From NCBI GenBank assembly GCA_030824075.1, contig JAVBYJ010000024.1:8685-72684 (forward strand): 64,000 nt of DNA, written 5' to 3'. Shown here piece after piece: positions 56,828 through 64,000 of this stretch. Source of the DNA: Geothrix sp. (lineage in GTDB: Bacteria; Acidobacteriota; Holophagae; Holophagales; Holophagaceae). How positions within the stretch are numbered: the first letter of the stretch is position 1; the number at the start of each line of letters is the position of its first letter. Made by a program: the position numbers and the translations under genes. Below the pieces are notes generated by a model. It made no database searches. It saw only the letters and a list, made by a program, of their open reading frames with translations, and had not been told where the DNA came from.

Positions 56828-57325
56828 TCATCGGGAGGGCCCGTGGCCCACGCCCTGGTGGCACCGGACGCAGCCGTAGAGATCGGCTTTCAGGGCGGGA
56901 TCGCTGGGTACACCCAGGGTTCCGTGGGAGGTGATTTCCTCGGTCAGCTCGCCATGGCAGCGGAGGCAATTGTCCTCAAGCACCTTGGCGTTGCTGGGCT
57001 TGATACGGATGGGCTCGGCGAAATTCAGCAGGGTGAAGGCCTTGGAGTGGTAATAGCCATTGCTGGCTTTCACGTAGAGTTTGTTCACCACGTTGTCGTG
57101 CGGCAGATGGCAGTCGTTGCACGTGGCCACCGCATGGTGGGATCCGTGCCGCCAACCGTCGTATTCCTCTCGCATGATGTGGCAGTTCACGCACACGGCA
57201 GGATCATTGGACAGGTACGAGGTGCCGTGGGCCGACACGAAGGTGTAGGCCCCGGATCCCAGGAACACCCCCAGGAACACGCTGGCGGCCAGGCTCAACA
57301 GGAGGAGTCGTCGCTTTCCACTCAC
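56828..57325 (-). CDS. nrfH: cytochrome c nitrite reductase small subunit, NapC/NirT-family tetrahaem quinol dehydrogenase
   Basis: N-terminal TM helix and four CxxCH motifs (CVNCH, CNDCH, CLRCH, CVRCH). GTG start inferred from NrfH N-terminal architecture. Confidence 0.8.
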   Translation of the reverse strand: MSGKRRLLLLSLAASVFLGVFLGSGAYTFVSAHGTSYLSNDPAVCVNCHIMREEYDGWRHGSHHAVATCNDCHLPHDNVVNKLYVKASNGYYHSKAFTLLNFAEPIRIKPSNAKVLEDNCLRCHGELTEEITSHGTLGVPSDPALKADLYGCVRCHQGVGHGPSR

Positions 57326-57384
57326 GGGGCATCCATTCGAGGAACCTGGCACCTGCCTGGCATGAGTGAAAGAATGAAACAAAA

Positions 57385-57404
57385 TTAGGACCAGTCAATC
57401 CTAA
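57385..57404. promoter_or_regulatory. inverted repeat TTAGGA-N8-TCCTAA in AT-rich nrfH upstream region
   Basis: Lies ~60-80 bp upstream of the inferred nrfH start. The half-sites do not match the FNR/CRP consensus. Confidence 0.3.
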
Positions 57405-57432
57405 ATTTACACGACTCCCCCATAGACAAACG

Positions 57433-57458
57433 AAAGGACCGGCATCACCGGTCCTTTC
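57433..57458. terminator. bidirectional-looking hairpin (aaaggaccgg-catca-ccggtccttt) after the DUF4097 gene
   Basis: Perfect 10-bp stem flanked by T-rich sequence on the minus strand (cgtttgtct). Confidence 0.5.
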
Positions 57459-57475
57459 GTCGATTACAAGTTGTT

Positions 57476-58288
57476 TTAATCCAGCGTGATGGCGCCGTTC
57501 ACCGTCCCGAGATCGATCTCCTGATCGCTGCCGGGGAAGAGCGCCGTCACCCGATGTTTCTTGACCTCGATCTGCTCGGCCCCCTTGGCGTTGAAGGAGA
57601 TCCCGCCGTGGACCGTGCTGGCCTTGAGCCGCCCCTTCACTCCGGCGACCTGAAGATGGATGGATCCGTTCACCGTTTCCGCCTTGATGCCCTTGCCCTG
57701 GCCGTCGAGACCCGATCCCTTGATGGCGCCGTTCACGGTCTGCAGGGTCAGGCATCCCCGCACCTTGTCGAGGGTGATGGTGCCGTTCACCGTGGTGGCC
57801 TTCAGGGTGTCCTCCAGATCCGACGCTCGGACCCCACCGTTCACGGTCTGGATGACGGCCACGCCCTGGGTGCCGCCAAGCGCGACCTCGCCGTTCACTG
57901 TTTCAAGGGTGGGCGCCACGCGGCGCGGCACCTTCAGGGTCATCTGGCACTGGGGCCCCTGGTACGACCCCCAGCCGGAGTGTTTGGGATATTCGCCTCG
58001 GATTTCCATGGAACCCTTGCCGGCCTCGACCACCACCTTCACCTGCTCGTCCCGGCTGCTCGGCTTGAACTCCCCGGTGAACTGCACTTCCTCGCGGTCC
58101 CAGGCCTCGACGCGGATAAAGCCGTTGATGTTCTTCACCTTGAGGGTCGATCCGGCCGCCAGCGGCAGGGTGCGGGTTTCGGTGGTTCTCTCCGCCTTGG
58201 TGGGCTGGATCACCTGGGATTGTGCCGCGAGGGACACGCAGACGACGGCAGCGGCAAAGGCCGCGGCGAGCGGACGGGCGAGGGCCAT
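57476..58288 (-). CDS. secreted DUF4097-family protein (beta-strand repeat, putative adhesin fold)
   Basis: Signal peptide, then repeated T/QVNG.I motifs (TVNGEVAL, TVNGGVRA, TVNGTITL, TVNGAIKG, TVNGSIHL, TVNGAITLD). Confidence 0.55.
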   Translation of the reverse strand: MALARPLAAAFAAAVVCVSLAAQSQVIQPTKAERTTETRTLPLAAGSTLKVKNINGFIRVEAWDREEVQFTGEFKPSSRDEQVKVVVEAGKGSMEIRGEYPKHSGWGSYQGPQCQMTLKVPRRVAPTLETVNGEVALGGTQGVAVIQTVNGGVRASDLEDTLKATTVNGTITLDKVRGCLTLQTVNGAIKGSGLDGQGKGIKAETVNGSIHLQVAGVKGRLKASTVHGGISFNAKGAEQIEVKKHRVTALFPGSDQEIDLGTVNGAITLD

Positions 58289-58464
58289 GGAAACCTCCTG
58301 GATGTCAGAGAACCTGGGCCGGATACGGGCGCCGTTCGGAGGGCGTTTAGGGGGGTGAATCTCCTCCGGGGTGGGATGAGCCGTCCCGTTCTCGGGGGGA
58401 ATCGCCGGACCTTCTGGGCCTTCAGCGAACCCGGCCCGGTATACTCAGCCCCGCCGGAGCGTCC

Positions 58465-58725
58465 ATGTCCCAATCCATCGACCATCCCGAACTCAGCGCC
58501 GCAGAGTGGAAGCTCATCCAGGACCTGCGGGCCCTGCCGGACGAGCCCCTGCGCACCCGCGTCCAGACCTCGCTGAACGAGCTCCTCTTCTTCTTCCAGA
58601 CCCCCAAGTGCCAAGGCATCGGCGTGGAAGGCTTCCCCTGCGGAGACCCCCGGTCCTCCTGCGAGGACTGCCACCAGATCTGGGACATGCTGGATAAGGT
58701 AGCGGAGCGCAGCCGGAAGGCCTGA
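58465..58725 (+). CDS. small hypothetical protein with 4 Cys (C-x7-C-x7-C-x2-C)
   Basis: 86 aa, GC-rich third positions, C-terminal PKCQGIGVEGFPCGDPRSSCEDCH. Confidence 0.4.
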   Translation: MSQSIDHPELSAAEWKLIQDLRALPDEPLRTRVQTSLNELLFFFQTPKCQGIGVEGFPCGDPRSSCEDCHQIWDMLDKVAERSRKA

Positions 58726-58809
58726 CGCGACGAATCGGAAAAACAAGGCATCCGGGCCGAAGGGCGCTAGGCTTGAAGGATCGATCCTGAGGGTCAATCT
58801 GGGGGTGCG

Positions 58810-59325
58810 ATGAGCCGGGGCCATGTCGTCCAGATCCTCTTTGTGGAAGAGGACCCTTCCATCTGGCCCCGGGCCGAGGCTTTCTTCCATCACCAGCTGG
58901 GATTGGTCGGAGCGCAGCCGGAGCTGCACCTGCGGCAGCGTCTTCCTGGACGCGCCGCGGGGTTTGATCTGGTGTCCCTGGATGGCCGGGGCCTCGTCAC
59001 CGCCCTCCTCGATCGCGGGGACCTGCTGGCCGACCTCCGTGGCACGGCCATCGTGAACCTGCACGCCGATGCGCCGGGAGCCATCTACGGCCACCTCCGG
59101 CTGCTCCTGGAGCGCCGGGACGAAGGCGCCCGGTCCGATGGGCTCTGGGTCTTCCCGCAATCCTGGATGGCCCCCTGGTTCCAGGAATCCCTGGAATTTC
59201 CGGAGCTCGGCCTGGTGGCCCATGTGCCGCCCCCGCGCCGGCCTTCGCCGGACCGCACCTGGGAGCGCCGGTCCATCCGGCCCCTGACGTTCCTGGTGGC
59301 CCCCCTCGTCCCCGTCCGGGGCTGA
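58810..59325 (+). CDS. hypothetical protein with degenerate receiver (REC)-like N-terminal domain
   Basis: VVQILFVEEDP, FDLVSLD (Asp at the usual phospho-acceptor position) and TAIVNLHA echo CheY-like beta1, beta3 and beta4 motifs. The rest is unassigned. Confidence 0.4.
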   Translation: MSRGHVVQILFVEEDPSIWPRAEAFFHHQLGLVGAQPELHLRQRLPGRAAGFDLVSLDGRGLVTALLDRGDLLADLRGTAIVNLHADAPGAIYGHLRLLLERRDEGARSDGLWVFPQSWMAPWFQESLEFPELGLVAHVPPPRRPSPDRTWERRSIRPLTFLVAPLVPVRG

Positions 59326-59787
59326 TCAGCCCTTCCAGCGGTCTCCGAAATTCACCAGGACCGCGCCGCCCAGGATGAGGACCGCCCCGGCGAGCCGAAT
59401 CCAGGAGACGTCCCGCACGGGAAGCCCCAGCAGTCCGAAGCGGTCAAACAAGAGGGAGGAGCAGACCTGCCCCGCCACGATCAGCGACACCATGGCGGCC
59501 AGGCCGATCCGCGGCGCCAGCAGCGTTGTTCCAAACACGAAAAAGGCTCCCATCACGCCCCCCAGCCACTGCCACCAGGCCACCCGAGGCAACCCGCCGA
59601 GCGTGGCAAAGGGCTGTCCCGTCACCGCCCCCACCACCGCGAGGGCAACCGTCCCCACCGCAAAGGAGACCAGGGCCGCGAGCATCGATCCGCTGTGGAG
59701 CGTGTTCCGAAGCGCGTTGTTGACCGCCGACTGCAGGGGGATCACCAGGCCGATGACAAAGGCCATGAGAAGGAACGTCAGGACCAT
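59326..59787 (-). CDS. DMT-superfamily transporter, DUF606 (YdcZ-like)
   Basis: 153 aa, 5 TM segments, characteristic MVLTFLLMAFVIGLVIPLQ..N start. Confidence 0.55.
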   Translation of the reverse strand: MVLTFLLMAFVIGLVIPLQSAVNNALRNTLHSGSMLAALVSFAVGTVALAVVGAVTGQPFATLGGLPRVAWWQWLGGVMGAFFVFGTTLLAPRIGLAAMVSLIVAGQVCSSLLFDRFGLLGLPVRDVSWIRLAGAVLILGGAVLVNFGDRWKG

Positions 59788-59912
59788 TCTTGTCTCCTGC
59801 GATGACGTGGAGCCGATGGTACCCCGGAGGCGGGTTCCAGGTCCCGGAAACGGCCGGGCTCACCCATTGATGATCAACGAGGTATCATCGAACGGAACCC
59901 CTTGGAGCCCCC

Positions 59913-60368
59913 ATGCGACTGCGATCCGTCCTCACCCTCCTGGTCCTGATCCCCGCCTGCCTGCAGGCCGCCGATGCCAAGAAGTACGGCCAGCCGCTCG
60001 GGCTCAAGGAGGAGGTCAAGGTCTCTGAGATCCTCGCCAACCCTGACAAGTACGCCGGGAAGAAGGTGCGCGTGAAGGGCCTGGTGACCGAAGTCTGCGA
60101 GGAGCGCGGCTGCTGGATCAAGATCGGCGCCGACAAGCAGGAAATCATGTTCAAGGTGGACGATGGCGTGATGACCTTCCCCATGGCCGCCAAAGGCAGC
60201 GCCGTGATCGCCGAAGGCACGGTGTCCAAGCGGGTGCTGACCGTCGAACAGCAGAAGGCCATGTGCGAGAAGGAGGCCAAGGCGCTCAGCAAGAAGGCCG
60301 ACTACAGCAAGGTGCTTGGTCCCAAGACCATCGTGCGCATCGAAGGCCTCGGCGCCGAGATCCAATAG
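59913..60368 (+). CDS. secreted DUF4920-like protein
   Basis: Signal peptide/lipobox-like LIPACLQA, then a ~130-aa Lys-rich domain (VKGLVTEVCEERGCWIKI). Confidence 0.5.
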   Translation: MRLRSVLTLLVLIPACLQAADAKKYGQPLGLKEEVKVSEILANPDKYAGKKVRVKGLVTEVCEERGCWIKIGADKQEIMFKVDDGVMTFPMAAKGSAVIAEGTVSKRVLTVEQQKAMCEKEAKALSKKADYSKVLGPKTIVRIEGLGAEIQ

Positions 60369-60376
60369 GCCCATCC

Positions 60377-60964
60377 ATGACAGAGACACCTGCCCGCAGG
60401 GCCCTGCCCTGGCGCCGCTGGAATGCCGCCATCCACCGGGATATCGGCTATCTTTCGGTCGCCCTCACCTTGGCCTACGCCCTTTCAGGCCTGGCGGTGA
60501 ACCACATCGCCAGCTGGAATCCCAATTACGTGAAGGCACAGGAAACCCGCCAGATCGCCCCGATGGACCCAGCGGCGGCTCCCGAGCTCCTCGTCCGCCA
60601 GGCCCAGGAGCGACTTCGCCCCGAGGGCCGGTTCAAGAGCACCTTCCAGCCCGACGACGACACACTGCAGCTCTTCTACGACCGCGCCACCTACGCCATC
60701 GACCTGCCCACGGGCAAGGTGCTGGTGGATGCCACGCGACCCCGGCCCGTGCTCTATGCCTTGAACCAGTTGCATCTGAACGCACCCAAGCGCCTCTGGA
60801 CGCTGATCGCGGATCTCTATGCCGTGGCCCTCATTGCCCTCGCCTTGTCGGGTCTCTTCATCCTCAAGGGGCCAAAGGGCATTCTCGGACGCGGCGCCTG
60901 GTTCGTGGGAGCGGGCACGGCAGTGCCCCTCCTCTACTGGGTCTGGTGGCGATACCTGGCTTGA
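60377..60964 (+). CDS. PepSY-associated TM helix family membrane protein
   Basis: WNAAIHRDIGYLSVALTLAYALSGLAVNH start motif typical of PepSY_TM, with a second TM near the C-terminus. Confidence 0.5.
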   Translation: MTETPARRALPWRRWNAAIHRDIGYLSVALTLAYALSGLAVNHIASWNPNYVKAQETRQIAPMDPAAAPELLVRQAQERLRPEGRFKSTFQPDDDTLQLFYDRATYAIDLPTGKVLVDATRPRPVLYALNQLHLNAPKRLWTLIADLYAVALIALALSGLFILKGPKGILGRGAWFVGAGTAVPLLYWVWWRYLA

Positions 60965-60977
60965 AGGCCGCCGCCCG

Positions 60978-62396
60978 TCACAGCAGGTCCCAGACGGCGC
61001 GAACCTGACCCGCCGCATCGGCGGTGGCGGCCTTGAGGCGCGCCCGCTGATCCTCCGGCAGCCGGCGGGCCGCCTCCAGGGCCTGCAGTCTGAACGGGGT
61101 CGGGAGGCCGGGCCATTCGACGGTCAGGGCCCGGGTCCAGGCCTCGTCCCCAAGGGCGGCCCGCGCCGACCAGCGCCAGGAGGCACTCAGCCCAATTTCA
61201 CGCAGCGCTTCCCGCGCGGCCTCCACCTGCCCGGTGCGCAGGGCCACCTCGGCGGCAGCTTCCGCGGCCTCGCGCTGGGCAAAGGGATCCGCCAGCAGCG
61301 CCAACAGGGGCCTCAGGGAATCCGCTTCCCCCACCTTCCCCAGCGCCCGCGCCAGCGCAAAGCGGGCCCCCTCAGGGACCCGCGCCAGGGCCTCCGTGAG
61401 CCAGGGGCCATCGCCACCACGGACCGCCGCCGCCAGCCCCTCCGCCGCGGATCGGCGCACCCCCACGGGGCCGGTGGCCAGGGCATCCAGGTAGGGGGCG
61501 AGCCGAACCTCGGGGCCCTCCTCGCGCCGGGGTCCCGCAACGGTGGCCAGCTCCCGGTCCAGGACGGCGAATCCTGGCAGCGGCTCCTCGCCCCAGCCCG
61601 CCGATTCGGCGCTCTCCAGCCAGATGGACAATTCCTGTCTAAAGGTCTCCATGTCCGGCAGGCGCTTGGCGGGATCCGGCTGGAGGGCCCGCATGATGAG
61701 ACCCGCGAGCCGCGGAGGGAACCCCGGCCGGACGGCTGCGGGGGGCATCTGCACCTGGGCGTAGGCCTGCCCGGTGGTGAACTCGAAAAGGATCGCGCCC
61801 AAGGCGTAGACGTCGCAGCGGCCGTCCACCCGGCGCGGATCCCCATGCTGCTCGGGAGCCATGTAGCCGAGGGTGCCCACCACCATCTGGCTGCGGGTGG
61901 CGCGGGTGCGCCCCTCTTCGCCCTCCCAGAAACACACACCGAAATCCGTCAGCTTGAGGCGGCCATCGGCAGCGAAGAGCATGTTCGACGGCTTGAGGTC
62001 GCGATGCACCACGCCCGCTTCGTGGGCCACCGAGAGGGCCTCGCAAATCGGGATCATCCGGCGCACCAGCGCGGCCGGAGCCTCGCCCCGGCAGGCCTTC
62101 AGGCTTCCGCCGGGCAGAAGCTCCATCACCAGGTAGGGCCAGGCACCGCTGTGGCCGAACGAGAAGATCTCAACCAGCCCAGGATGCGACAAGCGGGTGA
62201 GCACTTCGCCCTCGCGGAGGAACCGGCGGACCAGGTCCACGTCGCGGTGCACCTCGGGGCGCAGCAGCTTCACGGCACAGAACGATTCAGGGCGAAAGCG
62301 GTCCTCGCCCCGGAAGACCAGCGCCATGCCCCCCTCGCCCAGCGGCTCCAACAGACGCACACTGCCAATCTGTGCCGGCGGCCGCAGCCCGTTCAT
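60978..62396 (-). CDS. Hanks-type serine/threonine protein kinase with C-terminal helical (HEAT/TPR-like) repeat domain
   Basis: GEGGMALVF, VAVK-equivalent AVKLL, HRDLKPSN, DFG and APE motifs. C-terminal Ala/Leu-rich repeats. Confidence 0.85.
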   Translation of the reverse strand: MNGLRPPAQIGSVRLLEPLGEGGMALVFRGEDRFRPESFCAVKLLRPEVHRDVDLVRRFLREGEVLTRLSHPGLVEIFSFGHSGAWPYLVMELLPGGSLKACRGEAPAALVRRMIPICEALSVAHEAGVVHRDLKPSNMLFAADGRLKLTDFGVCFWEGEEGRTRATRSQMVVGTLGYMAPEQHGDPRRVDGRCDVYALGAILFEFTTGQAYAQVQMPPAAVRPGFPPRLAGLIMRALQPDPAKRLPDMETFRQELSIWLESAESAGWGEEPLPGFAVLDRELATVAGPRREEGPEVRLAPYLDALATGPVGVRRSAAEGLAAAVRGGDGPWLTEALARVPEGARFALARALGKVGEADSLRPLLALLADPFAQREAAEAAAEVALRTGQVEAAREALREIGLSASWRWSARAALGDEAWTRALTVEWPGLPTPFRLQALEAARRLPEDQRARLKAATADAAGQVRAVWDLL

Positions 62397-63406
62397 GGGG
62401 CAGGGACGGCGCGGTTGCGCCCCCCGGCCTTGGCCCCGTAGAGTGCCGCATCAGCTCGCGCGAGCAGGGCCCCGCCATCGGTATCCACGGGCTTGAGTTC
62501 GGCCACCCCGAAGCTGCAGGTGATCCGAAGGGGCTGTCCCTCCCCCGCGTCCCCCGGGTCCAGGGACTGCTCCGCAAGGGCCAGGCGGAGATCCTCGGCG
62601 GCGGTGAGGGCCAGCTTCGCGGAGGTTTCAGGGAGCACGATGAGGAACTCATCCCCACCCAGGCGGCCCACGGGATCGGAGCCCCGGAGGCGACGCAGGA
62701 GCAGGGCCCCAAAGGTTTCCAGGACGCGGTCACCCACCCCGTGGCCGTGCGCGTCGTTGATCTGCTTGAACCAGTCCAGGTCCGCCAGGATCACAGACAG
62801 GGACCGGTGATGGCGGCTGGCCAGTTCGAAATGCGCCTCCAGCTGATGCAGCACCGTCGCCCGGTTGCTCACGCCGGTGAGGGGGTCCAGCGTGGTGCGC
62901 ACGGCCATATCCTGGTGGTACCGGCGTTCCAGGGCGTCCATGTGCTTGAGCTTGAAGGCGTGGGCCCCCACCCGGATCACGTCCTCAGCCACCAGGCGCA
63001 CGGGGCCGGGATCGGCTTCCGCCCGGCGGCCATTCACGAACACGCCGTTGGTGGATCCCAGATCCCTCAGTTCGACGGCGTCGAGGTCTGATGAGATTCG
63101 CAGCAGGGCATGGTGGCGGCTCACCTCAGGCTCAGGTAGGCAGAGGCTGTTCTCGGGTGCCCGCCCCAGGTCCAGTCCCTCCAGAGGGAGCGGGATGAAC
63201 TCGCCCATGGGCTGGCCCACATATCGAATCAACACCCACTCGCGGGGGTCGAGCTCCTCAAGAAGTTCCACCTCTTCCGGCGCGGCGGCCGGATCCCAGG
63301 CGGGGAGATCAGGGGAGGTCGGATCGAGGGGCATCCTCGAGAGTCTAGCTGAACTTCCAGGGTCTGTTTTCAATGGGGATGCGGCCCCACCCCGCTCTGA
63401 ATGCAA
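62393..63406 (-). CDS. FHA-domain diguanylate cyclase (FHA + GGDEF)
   Basis: FHA motifs (GRAPENSLCL, SRHHALL, DLGSTNGVFVNG), then GGDEF with RLGGDEF and a substrate-binding D. Overlaps the kinase start by 4 nt. Alternative start at 63334. Confidence 0.8.
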   Translation of the reverse strand: MHSERGGAASPLKTDPGSSARLSRMPLDPTSPDLPAWDPAAAPEEVELLEELDPREWVLIRYVGQPMGEFIPLPLEGLDLGRAPENSLCLPEPEVSRHHALLRISSDLDAVELRDLGSTNGVFVNGRRAEADPGPVRLVAEDVIRVGAHAFKLKHMDALERRYHQDMAVRTTLDPLTGVSNRATVLHQLEAHFELASRHHRSLSVILADLDWFKQINDAHGHGVGDRVLETFGALLLRRLRGSDPVGRLGGDEFLIVLPETSAKLALTAAEDLRLALAEQSLDPGDAGEGQPLRITCSFGVAELKPVDTDGGALLARADAALYGAKAGGRNRAVPAP

Positions 63407-63409
63407 ACC

Positions 63410-64000
63410 CTAGCCTTCGCAGACCCGGTCTCGTCCTCTGGCCTTGGCCCGGTAAAGGGCTGCATCCGCCCGTGCCAGCAGCTGTCCGGCATCCAGGTCC
63501 GCGGCGGTTCGTTCGGCGATACCCAGGCTGCAGGTGATGGTGAGGCCCCCGGAGGGCAGCGCCACCGGCATCGTGGCGATGGCTTTCCGCAGGCGCTCTG
63601 CGAATGGGCGGGCCCCTGCAAGGTCCGTTTCCGGAAGCACCATGATGAACTCCTCACCCCCGATGCGGCCCGCCAGATCCGCCTCGCGCAGAGTCGTCAG
63701 CAGGCGCTCACCAAAGATGCGCAGCACGAAATCACCGGCCCCGTGGCCATGGGTATCGTTCACCCGTTTGAAGTGGTCCAAGTCGCAGATCACGATCGAA
63801 AGCGGACGGTTGTAGCGCAGGCTGAGACCGAAGCGGTTCTGGAATTCAGCCAGGACGCTCCCGCGGTTGGCCAGGCCCGTGAGCGGATCCTTGGTGCTCA
63901 GATCCAACAGCGTTTCGTGGAAAGTGCGCTCCAGCGGGTCGAGAAACACGAGTTTCAGGACATGGCCACCCATCTCCAGTCGATCCCCGTCCTGCAACAT
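63410..64000 (-). CDS. second FHA-GGDEF diguanylate cyclase (N-terminus beyond window end)
   Basis: The visible part begins with an FHA C-terminus (DGDRLEMGGHVLKL), then GGDEF with RIGGEEF. Paralogous to the previous gene. Confidence 0.8.
   Translation of the reverse strand: MLQDGDRLEMGGHVLKLVFLDPLERTFHETLLDLSTKDPLTGLANRGSVLAEFQNRFGLSLRYNRPLSIVICDLDHFKRVNDTHGHGAGDFVLRIFGERLLTTLREADLAGRIGGEEFIMVLPETDLAGARPFAERLRKAIATMPVALPSGGLTITCSLGIAERTAADLDAGQLLARADAALYRAKARGRDRVCEG

Noticed and set aside
57346-57362. Plus-strand TGGCAC-N5-TGGCA, a sigma-54-like -24/-12 motif near the nrfH start
   Set aside because: It points away from nrfH into a gene-less stretch ending at a terminator. Most likely a chance match or part of the nrfH 5' region, not a functional promoter.
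1-64000. CRISPR arrays and mobile elements
   Set aside because: No series of regularly spaced identical repeats of 25-40 bp was seen. No transposase, integrase or recombinase ORFs were seen. The only compositional anomaly is the short islet at 34649..35262.

Overview
High-GC bacterial chromosomal segment, roughly two-thirds or more GC by eye, densely coded on both strands. No rRNA, tRNA, CRISPR array, transposase or integrase could be recognised. Taxon cannot be assigned from sequence alone; NrfAH, a prepilin peptidase and CzcCBA-type pumps suggest a Gram-negative, anaerobe-like lifestyle.

Main content, left to right:
- Housekeeping genes (1..3804): dienelactone hydrolase (partial), dut, rlmN, M16 zinc peptidase.
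- Double ABC-2 type transporter operon (3831..7457): two ATPase + permease pairs, minus strand.
- Housekeeping genes (8946..16763): dnaE, cysE, plsC, cyclophilin PPIase, prepilin peptidase, GreA/B-family factor.
- Unusual sensor (17256..18867): a Cache-like membrane sensor whose output is a 4-Cys zinc-ribbon-like tail, preceded by a YecH-like metal-binding protein.
- Housekeeping genes (19072..23768): holB and tmk, a PfkB-family heptose kinase, an unlisted Trm112-family small ORF.
- Nitrogen module (23902..27670): glnB-amtB behind a clear sigma-54 promoter and a ~130-bp AT-rich upstream region, next to a GAF/sigma-54 activator.
- HdrD-like membrane Fe-S oxidoreductase (27829..29868), with no partner genes.
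- lepB; a flotillin whose SPFH core is interrupted by about four tandem protein repeats (30836..33166); murA.
- Low-GC islet (34649..35262): a short insertion between murA and prs encoding a PD-(D/E)xK-like small protein.
- prs; a SAM-dependent methyltransferase.
- Two tandem heavy-metal RND efflux systems (37439..48649), with an ArsR regulator and a small Cys-rich secreted protein, preceded by a BlaI/BlaR1-like sensor-protease/repressor pair (48679..50036).
- A DUF4382 lipoprotein (50253..51917).
- WYL-regulator neighbourhood (52052..55076), with a fragment resembling the N-terminus of an AMP-dependent ligase.
- NrfHA cytochrome c nitrite reductase (55246..57325), with CxxCH at all five haems.
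- Small signalling-like ORFs (58465..59325); a DUF606 DMT transporter, DUF4920 and PepSY_TM proteins (59326..60964).
- A Hanks Ser/Thr kinase operonic with two tandem FHA-GGDEF diguanylate cyclases (60978..64000).

Many long ORFs antisense to real genes are GC-content artefacts and were rejected.
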